The translations under genes and the position numbers were made by a program. DNA of 64,000 nt from positions 32,001 through 96,000 of the forward strand of contig JBBRRY010000004.1 of the NCBI GenBank assembly GCA_038245905.1. The letters are read 5' to 3'. Positions 10,557 to 19,289 of this stretch are shown in pieces; position 1 is the first letter of the stretch; each line of letters begins with the position of its first letter. Below the pieces are notes generated by a model. That model searched no databases and was not told where the DNA came from. It saw only the letters and a list, made by a program, of their open reading frames with translations. Source of the DNA: Thermoanaerobaculia bacterium (lineage in GTDB: Bacteria > Acidobacteriota > Thermoanaerobaculia > UBA5066).

Positions 10557-13525
10557 CTGCCGTCGTTCGTCCGGTTGTCGACGAGCGTTGCCCAGGCCGT
10601 CGCGGAGCCGCCGTCGACGACGTCGACGAGCATCGACGCCTGTTCGAGCGGCGGCGTCTGCATTTCGGCGAAGACGTCGTTCCACTGGACGGCTTCGCCC
10701 GGGGAGAGCGTCAGCGCGCGGACGGCGACCACGGCGCCCGACGCCGAGACGAGAGAGACTCGGAGACGCGTCACGAGGCCTCCCGTTTCGACGAATCCGA
10801 CGTTCGTGCGCTCCCGGGGGGAGCCGGAGAGGAACGCAAGCGCGAGCGTGCGCCCCGGAACGGCGTCGGACGCGCCGGAAACGGGATCGATCGCGACGCC
10901 GTAGCTCCTCGCTCCGTCGAGCGTGTACGTGCGGCTGGAGGCGAAGAGAGCGGCGCCGTCGAGCGCGGTCAGACGCAGCGCGCCCGAGGTGTCGGAAGCG
11001 GGCGCGAAGAGCTGCCCGAGGGCGTCGTCGAGGAAACGCGTTTCGCCGCCGGCGAGCGTCACGAGGACCGGAGAAAAGGCGCCGCCCGACGCCGGCGTGA
11101 AGGTCGCCCTGATGCGCGCCGGCGCGGCTCCCGCGTTCGCAAGCTTCAGATCGGTGACGTAACGCACGCCGAGCTGGCCGTTGGACCGCGCGACCGCCGG
11201 GAGGAGGAGATCCGCGCCGGAGACGGCTGCTCCTGAGAACGCGCCGTCGTTCGAGGAGTCGTCGACGGGCGTCGCGAAGGCTGCGATGCGCCCGGCCCCC
11301 GAAAGAACGCGCACTTCGAAGCGGTCCGAGGCGCCGGGCGGGATGCCGGCGGCCGTGTAAATGTCGTTGACCTGCACGAGACCGCCGCCGGGCACCGATT
11401 CCGGCAGGACGGCACGAACGGCACCGTGCGCGTCCTTGACGACGATCTCGGCGGCGACCTCGCTCCCGGTGACCTCGGTGAGCCCGATGTTCACGCGGAA
11501 ACCCGTGCTCGCGAACACGGGGACGAGCGTGAGGGTCGTGCCCGCGCCGGCCGCCGAGGAGGGCGGCATGGCGGGAATCGAGAGACCGAAGGCGCCTCCG
11601 CGCACCGCCGTCGTGGCCGTATGGGACGCGGCGACGACGGAATCGGCCGCCGAGAGAAACAGCGGCCCGTAGCCCTCCGTCCGGAACGCGTTGCCGAGCA
11701 CGTCGTCGAGTGCCCGGGTCGAGCGGGGCGGCAAGGTGAACGACACGGTGCGCGCCGGTCCTCCCGAAGCGGGCTGGAACCTTAGCGCGACCACACGGGA
11801 GCTCACGGCGTCGGTATTGAACAGCCGGACGTCCGTCGTGAAGGAGGCGCCGAGCTTTCCCATCACGTGCGCCGAGGTGGGGATCACCGAAGTCGTGCCC
11901 GGGAACGGGACGTCGGGGGGCAACGCCTCGGGCTCGATGACGATCGCCCAGGAGACCACGCGCCCGGCGCCGGCCCCGGGCGTGTCGTCGATTACCCGGA
12001 GCCGCCACGGACCCGCGGCTGGCTTTCCCGCGAAACTGGAGAGGGGGAGGAGCGGATCGAGAGTGCGCCCGAAGACCTCCCGGAGCGCTTCGCCTGGATG
12101 GCCGCCGTGGTTCATGAGGAGAACGTTCGTGCCGTCCGGACCCGTCAGCGACACGACGAGCTGCGTGGGATCGGGATGGTCGATCGAGAGCGCGACGGTC
12201 ACCGTGGAAACGCGGCCGAGGAGCGCGGACACGACCGCCTCGCAGACGAGCGTCTCGCCGGTCCCGTCCGGAATCGAGCTGCCACCGCAGGAGCCGACGG
12301 GTGTCGTGGCGTCGAGGGCCGCGGAGAGATCGAGGCGCGGCGTGAACCGGCCCGTGCGATTGTCCAGGACCGGAACGCCCGTCGCGCGCAGAAGGTCGAA
12401 CGCGAGCGCGGGATCGGCGAGCGGCCGGGCCTGACGCGCGAGCAGCACGGCGCCGGTGGCGGCGGGTGCGGCGGCCGACGTCCCGGAGAAGATCGCGGTG
12501 CGCCCGCCGCCGGCCGCGGTCGTCGTCCACCCGACGCCCGGCGCGAGAACCGAAAGGCCGGTTCCCGACGTGCTCGCGCAGGGGACGACGTCCGGCCCGG
12601 TCAGGGCGTCCTCGCACGAAGCGGATCCACCCCACGCGACCGAACCGGAAGACGCCGAGTACACCATTCCCACCGCGGCGACGTTCGAGAAGCACGCGGG
12701 CCACGGCAGTCCCGACGTCTTGCCGTCGTTCCCGGCGGCCGCCACGACCGCGAGCCCCGCCGCGCGCGCGGCCGCGAACGTGGATGCGCCGGCCGGGTCC
12801 TCCGTGTCGCAGAACGCGCGGTGCGACGTGTCGTCGGCGAGACTGAGGTTGATCGCCTCGACGTTCCAGAGGTCGCGGTTCGAAAGCACCCAGTCCACGG
12901 ACGCGAGGACGTCGGAGGCGCGCGCGCTTCGGCATCCGTCGCGCAGGCTGAAGACCTTCAAAACGACGAGGCCGGCATCCGGCGCGATTCCCTGCGGACC
13001 CGCGATGACTCCGGCCACCTCCGTTCCGTGGCCGCTGCAGTCCGCGAGATTCCCGTCGTTGTCGGCGAAGTTCCAGCCCGGCCAGACCGAGCCCGCTCTC
13101 GGCTTGAGGTCGGGATGCGCCACATCGATTCCGCTGTCCACGACGGCGACGCTTCGGCCCCGCCCGGTCACGCCGAGGCCGAGGAGCCGGTCCGCTCCGA
13201 TTTGTGCGGTTCCGATCTGACCCGCGGGCCGCACGAGGCGGTCGTAGCCGACGTGGACGACGTCCGGCCGGAGCGCGAGGGCGGCGATCTCGGCTGCGGT
13301 CGCCCAGCCCGCGATGACCGGGACGTTCGTGAGGCGGCGCACGACGGGGAAGCCCGCGGGCTCTGCCATCCCTCTCGCCCTGAGCGAGACGACGACCGGA
13401 ATCCGTGCCTCGCCGGCTCTCACGTGCTCCGCGATCTCCTTCGACACGACAGCCGCCCGCGCGGAAGCGGGTGCGAGAGCGAGCGCGGCGGCCACCGCGG
13501 ACAGGAGGAGCGGATTGGCGTTCAT
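10529..13525 (-). CDS. Secreted S8 (subtilisin-like) peptidase with P-domain and two C-terminal repeats
   Basis: Signal peptide; catalytic triad VVDSG, GHGTEVAG, SGTSAAAP; P-domain (LTGPDGT...GPWRLRVID). Confidence 0.9.
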   Translation of the reverse strand: MNANPLLLSAVAAALALAPASARAAVVSKEIAEHVRAGEARIPVVVSLRARGMAEPAGFPVVRRLTNVPVIAGWATAAEIAALALRPDVVHVGYDRLVRPAGQIGTAQIGADRLLGLGVTGRGRSVAVVDSGIDVAHPDLKPRAGSVWPGWNFADNDGNLADCSGHGTEVAGVIAGPQGIAPDAGLVVLKVFSLRDGCRSARASDVLASVDWVLSNRDLWNVEAINLSLADDTSHRAFCDTEDPAGASTFAAARAAGLAVVAAAGNDGKTSGLPWPACFSNVAAVGMVYSASSGSVAWGGSASCEDALTGPDVVPCASTSGTGLSVLAPGVGWTTTAAGGGRTAIFSGTSAAAPAATGAVLLARQARPLADPALAFDLLRATGVPVLDNRTGRFTPRLDLSAALDATTPVGSCGGSSIPDGTGETLVCEAVVSALLGRVSTVTVALSIDHPDPTQLVVSLTGPDGTNVLLMNHGGHPGEALREVFGRTLDPLLPLSSFAGKPAAGPWRLRVIDDTPGAGAGRVVSWAIVIEPEALPPDVPFPGTTSVIPTSAHVMGKLGASFTTDVRLFNTDAVSSRVVALRFQPASGGPARTVSFTLPPRSTRALDDVLGNAFRTEGYGPLFLSAADSVVAASHTATTAVRGGAFGLSIPAMPPSSAAGAGTTLTLVPVFASTGFRVNIGLTEVTGSEVAAEIVVKDAHGAVRAVLPESVPGGGLVQVNDIYTAAGIPPGASDRFEVRVLSGAGRIAAFATPVDDSSNDGAFSGAAVSGADLLLPAVARSNGQLGVRYVTDLKLANAGAAPARIRATFTPASGGAFSPVLVTLAGGETRFLDDALGQLFAPASDTSGALRLTALDGAALFASSRTYTLDGARSYGVAIDPVSGASDAVPGRTLALAFLSGSPRERTNVGFVETGGLVTRLRVSLVSASGAVVAVRALTLSPGEAVQWNDVFAEMQTPPLEQASMLVDVVDGGSATAWATLVDNRTNDGSYFAATLVP

Positions 13526-13599
13526 GGGGAGGACACCGGACGAGACACGAGAGGAGCAAGGGACGTGCCGGAAGTGACGCGAGCCGCTAAGATCTCACT

Positions 13600-14388
13600 G
13601 TGCCGGTCTTCCCACAACCCCTCGACGTCGACGGCGGCGTGGCCGTCTTCGCCGACGCGCATCTCGGGCAGGTGGAAGGGGATGGCAGGGATTTCCTCGA
13701 CGCTCTCGAGAGGGTCCGGAGCCGCGGTTTCGGCACGGTAGTGCTCCTCGGGGACATCTTTCATTACTTCATCGGCGACCCGAAGCTCGAAACGCCCCTC
13801 CTCATGCGAACGCTCCAGGGGTTGAAAGAGGTTGCTTCACGCGGTCTTTCGCTTCGGTACGTGGAAGGGAACCGCGATTTTTTCGTCGCCGGCTCGAAGT
13901 ACGCGGAACCTTTTGCATCCTGGACGCTGGCGGACGGCCTCCGCGTCGGGCCGACGCGGTACGCGTTCGTCCATGGAGATCGCGTGAACACCGCCGACCT
14001 GCCGTACCGGTTCTGGCGCCGGATCTCGAAGAACCCGGTCGCACACGGCGTCCTGAAGGTGATCCCAGGAGCGCTCGCGCGCGCGATCGTTTCGCGCACG
14101 GAAGCGCGGCTCTACCGCTCGAACTTCCGGCACAAGAAGAGGCTGCCGGAGGCCGCGCTGCTCGCGGAAGGCCGCGCGGCTCGCAGCGCCGGATACGACG
14201 CCCTCCTCGTCGGCCACTTCCACGTCGAAAGGACGCTGGCGGATGGCGGCGCCGTCACGCACGTTCTCCCCGCGTGGCTCGAGGAGCGCAAGCACGCCGA
14301 GATCGCCGCGGACGGCACGCTGTCGATCGTTCAGGAAGAATCTGTCGAAAGGGCGAAGCGCCGGGGATTCGGAGCGCTCGAGGAGTGA
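13600..14388 (+). CDS. lpxH: Metallophosphoesterase, UDP-2,3-diacylglucosamine diphosphatase-like
   Basis: DAHL, GDIF, EGNRD, HGD, GHFH motifs. Confidence 0.75.
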   Translation: MPVFPQPLDVDGGVAVFADAHLGQVEGDGRDFLDALERVRSRGFGTVVLLGDIFHYFIGDPKLETPLLMRTLQGLKEVASRGLSLRYVEGNRDFFVAGSKYAEPFASWTLADGLRVGPTRYAFVHGDRVNTADLPYRFWRRISKNPVAHGVLKVIPGALARAIVSRTEARLYRSNFRHKKRLPEAALLAEGRAARSAGYDALLVGHFHVERTLADGGAVTHVLPAWLEERKHAEIAADGTLSIVQEESVERAKRRGFGALEE

Positions 14389-15686
14389 ACGCTGCACGGC
14401 CCCTGCGGCGCGGCCGACTCTCCGGAGACCTCCTCGTCCCCGGCAGCAAGAGCATCACGAATCGCGCTCTCGTGGCTGCGGCCTGCGCGGACGGGGAGAG
14501 CACGCTGCTCAATCCGCTGGACTCGTCCGACACACGCGCTCTGGCCGCGGCGCTGACGCAGCTCGGAGCGGAGATTTTCTTTGAGGGTGTGAGATGGAGG
14601 GTGCGCGGACCGCTCCGGCCCCGCGGCGACTCGGCGCCGGAGCTCGAGATCGATGTGGGAGACGCCGGCACTCCCGCGCGCTTTCTCGGTGCACTTCTCT
14701 CCGCGCTGCCGGGGCGGTTCGTCCTCGACGGCAGCCCGCGGATGCGGGAGAGGCCCATGTCTCCTCTTTTCGAAGCAATCCGAAATCTGAGGGGAGACGT
14801 GACGTGCCTCGTGCGCGAAGGCTTCCTGCCCGCCAGGATCAGGGGTGGCTCGCTCGGCGGCGGCCACGTCGCGATCCGCGGAGACGTCTCCTCACAGTTT
14901 CTCTCGGCTCTCATGCTGATCTCGCCTCTCGTGCCGGGAGGCATCGAGCTCGAAATCGACGGACCTCTCGCGTCCGCTTCCTACCTCGCCCTGACGCGCC
15001 GCGTCCTCGAAGGTTTCGGAGCGTCCGGCGGCGGCTATCGTCCCGCGCGCTACCGCGTGCCGGGCGACGACTCGGCGGCGTGCTTTCCAATCGCGGGAGC
15101 GATTGCGTCCGGCGGGCGCGTCACGCTGCGTGGCCTCGCGCGCGATTCCGAGCAGCCGGACGCGGCCTTTCGCGCGTGGGCGGCGTCCGCCGGGGGCACG
15201 CTCGGCTGGGAGTCTTCGACGGAAGGCGAGGATGCACTCACGGTCTCGGGGCCTCCCGGTGGTGCGCAGGCGCTTCTTCCGGTCACTGTCGACGTGGACG
15301 CGGCTCCCGATGCCGCGCTCCCTCTCGCGGCGCTCGCGGCGTTCGCGGACGGGACGTCCCGGCTCACGGGCGTCGCGCGCCTGCGCGAGAAGGAGTCCGA
15401 CCGCCTCGCGGCGGCCCACGATCTCCTTACCCGCGCCGGAGCAGTGGCTCGCGAGGAGCGGGACTCGCGCGGCCCCGTCCTCGTCGTGGACGGCCGAATG
15501 GGGTTGCCGCGGGCCGCGGAGTTCGCGGCACACGGTGATCACCGCGTGGCGATGTCGGCGGCCGTTCTCGCGCTCACGCTGCCCGAGGGCTCGACGCTCG
15601 ACCATCCGGAATCGGTGGCGAAGTCATGGCCGGGATTCTGGAGCGCGTGGGACGCGCTGATCGAGGGAGATCGCGGAATCAGGTGA
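14385..15686 (+). CDS. aroA: 3-phosphoshikimate 1-carboxyvinyltransferase
   Basis: PGSKSITNR, GDAGT, RERPM, SSQFLSAL, KESDRL, DHRVAM, KSWP. Confidence 0.93.
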   Translation: MNAARPLRRGRLSGDLLVPGSKSITNRALVAAACADGESTLLNPLDSSDTRALAAALTQLGAEIFFEGVRWRVRGPLRPRGDSAPELEIDVGDAGTPARFLGALLSALPGRFVLDGSPRMRERPMSPLFEAIRNLRGDVTCLVREGFLPARIRGGSLGGGHVAIRGDVSSQFLSALMLISPLVPGGIELEIDGPLASASYLALTRRVLEGFGASGGGYRPARYRVPGDDSAACFPIAGAIASGGRVTLRGLARDSEQPDAAFRAWAASAGGTLGWESSTEGEDALTVSGPPGGAQALLPVTVDVDAAPDAALPLAALAAFADGTSRLTGVARLREKESDRLAAAHDLLTRAGAVAREERDSRGPVLVVDGRMGLPRAAEFAAHGDHRVAMSAAVLALTLPEGSTLDHPESVAKSWPGFWSAWDALIEGDRGIR

Positions 15687-16524
15687 GCGCGGCGAAGGTT
15701 GCCGTCGCGATGCCGCGGGCGGCGAGGGCCGCCGCGACCGCGCCGGACTCGAGAGCTTCTGCCTCCGCGCGCCAGTCGTAGCCCCAGTGGTAGCGCTGGC
15801 GTGTGACGTCGTCCTCGTCCCCGGAGTGAAGCGCGATCTCGTAGTCCCCCTCCGGCAGATTCGCGACGGCGCGCGCGAAGCGCGCGGCAGTCATGTGTCC
15901 AGCCTCCGCGAGCCCGAGAACGCGCGGAGGCTCGGGAAGTCCCGCCTCGTCGAGGAGCCTCCGGCCGCGGCGGCCGAGACGCGCGAGAAGGCGCGCGCGA
16001 AGCCGGGAGAGAAGCGGAGCATCCGGCCGGCCGGGCGGGTCGTCGGCGCGGGGGGCACGCACGAAGGGCACGCGGAAGCGCCGCGCGAGCGCCACGGCGA
16101 CCGGGAAGAGAAGCGGGTGCAGGTGAAGGTTCTGATGCGAGTCGAGGTGCGTGACCCGGACGCCGGCGCTCTCCGCCCGCGCGATCTGTGCCTCCCATTC
16201 GCGCTCCACCTCGGCGCGCCGGATGCGGCCGGCCGTGAGGGCGAAGAGAACGCCGGGCCAGTGTTTGTGGAAAGTGCCACCGGACAGGAGCGACGGGACG
16301 TCGTGGGGTTCTGCGACCGGTCGCTCGCCGCCCGTGATGCAGAGATGGACGCCTGCATCGGAAATCCCCGCGCCGCGCAGGCTCATGGCGGCCTCCTCGA
16401 ACGACGTGCCGTTCACGAGAAGACTCACGTCCGAGAGGAGCCCCTTCGCACGGAGCGCGGCGACACGGCGCGTGTGCGCGGGAGCGAGGCCGAAGTCGTC
16501 GGCGTTGAGGATGACGCGCGTCAA
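15679..16524 (-). CDS. ChbG/HpnK (YdjC) family carbohydrate deacetylase
   Basis: NADDFG, GVHL, THLDSHQNLH; TTG start overlaps the upstream stop. Confidence 0.88.
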   Translation of the reverse strand: MTRVILNADDFGLAPAHTRRVAALRAKGLLSDVSLLVNGTSFEEAAMSLRGAGISDAGVHLCITGGERPVAEPHDVPSLLSGGTFHKHWPGVLFALTAGRIRRAEVEREWEAQIARAESAGVRVTHLDSHQNLHLHPLLFPVAVALARRFRVPFVRAPRADDPPGRPDAPLLSRLRARLLARLGRRGRRLLDEAGLPEPPRVLGLAEAGHMTAARFARAVANLPEGDYEIALHSGDEDDVTRQRYHWGYDWRAEAEALESGAVAAALAARGIATATFAALT

Positions 16525-17300
16525 GGCGTTCCGCGCCGGCGCCGCTCGGCGCGGATCTCCGGCGCGAAGCGCGCCATTTCGCGCAGGATCGTGAAGACCG
16601 TCCCCGGCGAGGAGAGGGTCGAAAGGCCGCGCGTCCGGGGGAAGTAGTTGACGCCCAGCTGCTGGATCACGGCGCCGTGCGCCACCGAGCGCGCGAGGAG
16701 CTCGGCGTCGATGAAGGACCCCTCGCTTCGCAGCGTCATTCCAGACAGCAGGCTCCGCCGGATGAGCTTGCAGGAGAAATTGACATCCCGGAGGACGATC
16801 CCGAAGAGCGCGTGCACGAGCCCGTTGTACGCGAACGAGTACAGAGAGCGCAGGAGGCCTTCTCCGGTCCTGTCCAGCCGGTAGGCCGAGATGAGATCCG
16901 CCCCGGTGATCTCGGCGGCGCGAAACAAGCGATCCGTCTCCGCGAGGTCCCAGGGCAGGTCGCAGTCGCTGTAAAGAATCCACTCCAGCCGTGCGGCGGC
17001 GAAGCCCTCGCGAAGGGTTCCTCCGAGACCGCGGTTCGACGGCTGCGCGATCACGCGAATCCGCGGCTCCTTCTCGGCGCGCAACCGGGCGAACGCCAGC
17101 GTCGTGTCCGTGGAGGCGTCGTCCACGAGGACGATCTCCCATGTGTCGACGTGCTCTTCGAGAGCCGGGATCGCGACGTCGAGGAGCCGCCCGACGCTTT
17201 TCTCTTCGTTGAACATGGGGACGACGAGGGAGACGGAGCGGGGAGGTCGCGCGGCGCCCGCCGCGCCCGCGATGCCCGAGCCGGTGTTTGTCGGCGTCAC
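16521..17300 (-). CDS. GT2 glycosyltransferase
   Basis: VVPMFNE, VDDASTD, YSDCD, DVNFSCKL; GTG 17300 lies 7 nt after TATGCT. Confidence 0.88.
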   Translation of the reverse strand: MTPTNTGSGIAGAAGAARPPRSVSLVVPMFNEEKSVGRLLDVAIPALEEHVDTWEIVLVDDASTDTTLAFARLRAEKEPRIRVIAQPSNRGLGGTLREGFAAARLEWILYSDCDLPWDLAETDRLFRAAEITGADLISAYRLDRTGEGLLRSLYSFAYNGLVHALFGIVLRDVNFSCKLIRRSLLSGMTLRSEGSFIDAELLARSVAHGAVIQQLGVNYFPRTRGLSTLSSPGTVFTILREMARFAPEIRAERRRRGTP

Positions 17301-17322
17301 GGCCCGAAGCATACCCGGCCCC

Positions 17323-18417
17323 TCACGAGACGAAGCGCCAGTTCACGAAGAAGGCGGCGCGCAGGAGCAGGAGCGCCGTCGACAAGGCGAGGGCCGCCGC
17401 GCGGAGACGCGGACGGTGCTCGAGCAGCTCGAAGAGAAGGATCATCCCCGGAAAGATCGTCAGCGTGTAGCGCGGCACGCCGTTCGTTGTCCCCGTCAGG
17501 AATGCCAGGCCGAGAACGCCCGCCGTCCACGCCGCGTCGGCGAAACGACGCCTCTTCAACTGCACGGCGGCGAGAACAGCGAAGAGAGTGAAGTGCGCGA
17601 GAGGCGCGATCGCCCCCGGATGCTGAAGAAGCGTGCCGCTCGTCAGGAGCGTGACCTGCTCGCCCACGAACGCCGCGCCCCCGGCGAGAGGATTCGTCGA
17701 GCGGTGAGCCCAGGCGCCGATCGACCGGAAGAACAGCCCCGGCTCCCCCTTCCACCATCCGATACCAAACACGTACGTCAGAACGCCCACAAGCGGCGCG
17801 GTGGCGAGAGCGAAAGACGCAAGAAGCCGCTTGCGAGGATGCGCGCCAAGATCGTGCGCGCCGAGCCCATAGGCGAGCGCCAGCGCGGGACCGACTGCGG
17901 CGGCAGGGGCGCGCGTCAGGCCCAGCAGAACGCCGACGCAGACGGACGCGAACGGGCGATCCGTTCTTATGAATCGAAAGGCGAGGAGAAGCAGCAGGAA
18001 AAAGAGCGGTTCGGTATACGCGGCCGCGAAGAAGAACGCCACGGGGTAGAGGAGGAGGAAGAAGAGCGGACCCCGCGCGCGCTCCGGGCCGAGACGCGCG
18101 CGACACTCCTCACCGAAGAGAGGAAGCGCGAAGACGAACGCGACCCAGGAGACGGCTGTCAGCGCCCACAACGGGGCCAGCCCGGTGAGAAGCGAGAGCC
18201 CACGGGCGAGCATCGGATAGAGCGGGAAGAACGCATGCGCGGATTCCAGCCCCGGCGCCGGAGGCGGGCCGTATCCGTCGCGGGCGATGCTGAAGTACCA
18301 GCCCGAGTCGAAGCGCGCGAAATACGGATTCACCCCGGGGCCCCAGGGCGACGGGCGCGCGAGCGGCAGGACGTGGACGGCGAACGCGGCCCAGAGATGA
18401 ATCGCCACGAGCCACAC
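17323..18417 (-). CDS. GT-C mannosyltransferase-family protein, paralogue of 8609..9754
   Basis: RFDSGWY, HAFFPLYP, FFFAAAYTEPL, PRYTL; the frame stays open upstream to a stop at 18508-18510, so the start is uncertain. Confidence 0.78.
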   Translation of the reverse strand: MWLVAIHLWAAFAVHVLPLARPSPWGPGVNPYFARFDSGWYFSIARDGYGPPPAPGLESAHAFFPLYPMLARGLSLLTGLAPLWALTAVSWVAFVFALPLFGEECRARLGPERARGPLFFLLLYPVAFFFAAAYTEPLFFLLLLLAFRFIRTDRPFASVCVGVLLGLTRAPAAAVGPALALAYGLGAHDLGAHPRKRLLASFALATAPLVGVLTYVFGIGWWKGEPGLFFRSIGAWAHRSTNPLAGGAAFVGEQVTLLTSGTLLQHPGAIAPLAHFTLFAVLAAVQLKRRRFADAAWTAGVLGLAFLTGTTNGVPRYTLTIFPGMILLFELLEHRPRLRAAALALSTALLLLRAAFFVNWRFVS

Positions 18418-18519
18418 GACCGCCAGTGCCGCGAGCCGGCGGTCCTCGCCGGCCCGAAACGGCCACGGATAGGGCGCGGAGGAAGGGACGGGGCTCGTGG
18501 CTGTAGTCTACGGGCGCCC

Positions 18520-19218
18520 ATGGAACGGCACGCCGAACCGGCAGCGGGAGCGCCCCTGACTCTCGGAAGCGGTGAAGCTGCCGCGCTTCACAAGGCCGCC
18601 CGGCCGCTCACGCTTCTGGAGCGCGCGCACCTCGATCTGAGGTTCCGGAGCGCTCCCTGGAGGCGCGTCGTCGAGGCCTTCGAGCCGGACGGGAGCCTCG
18701 TGGACTTCGGCTGCGGGCCGGGCCTCCTCGCGCACCTCCTGCTCCGCGCGGGATTCCGGGGAACGTATCTCGGACTCGATCCCGACGCCCGCAAGCCGGA
18801 TCGCGCGCGCCGCTGGCTTCCGGAGTCGCCGGCACGCCTTTTCCGGGCGGGAACGGTCGATGCCGCGCCCGAGGGCACGTTCTCGCAGGCGGCCCTGATC
18901 GACGTTCTCTACCTCGTGCCGCCGCCCGAGAGACCCGAATTTCTCGCGCGGGCCGCGCGCTCCCTGACTCCCGGCGGACTCTTCGTCGCCTTGACGAGCG
19001 GGGGAGGGCCGCGCTGGAAGAGACGGCTGGATACGGCGCAGGAACGGCTTGCCGTCGGCCTCGGCATCACTCGGGGCGGGGGCGTGGCCACCTGCGACGG
19101 CGCGGAGGTCGCCCGGCTGCTCGCGGCGGCCGGTCTCACCGGGGCCACGGTCGTCGACGTGGGCCGCGGCTTTCTCCACGGTTTCGAGCTCGTTTCGGCG
19201 CGCCGCCCGCGCACTTGA
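18520..19218 (+). CDS. Class I SAM-dependent methyltransferase
   Basis: LVDFGCGPG motif I, GLDPD, IDVLY; C-terminal part of the 704 aa track ORF. Confidence 0.8.
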   Translation: MERHAEPAAGAPLTLGSGEAAALHKAARPLTLLERAHLDLRFRSAPWRRVVEAFEPDGSLVDFGCGPGLLAHLLLRAGFRGTYLGLDPDARKPDRARRWLPESPARLFRAGTVDAAPEGTFSQAALIDVLYLVPPPERPEFLARAARSLTPGGLFVALTSGGGPRWKRRLDTAQERLAVGLGITRGGGVATCDGAEVARLLAAAGLTGATVVDVGRGFLHGFELVSARRPRT

Positions 19219-19289
19219 CGGCGGGGCCGATTTCCGAAATCGTTCGGCCCAGGACAAGAGGCTGAGACCCGCTCGGCGGAAGGACGGAA

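Noticed and set aside
10529-13525. S8 peptidase as the leader protease for the NHLP precursor
   Set aside because: It lies 23 kb away and is Sec-secreted; double-glycine leaders are usually cleaved by C39 peptidases.
10185-13559. 1124 aa ORF and many other long overlapping ORFs (e.g. 18909..21482, 41381..43255, 58612..60603)
   Set aside because: Arg/Pro/Ala-rich shadow frames of real genes; expected at this GC content; no motifs.
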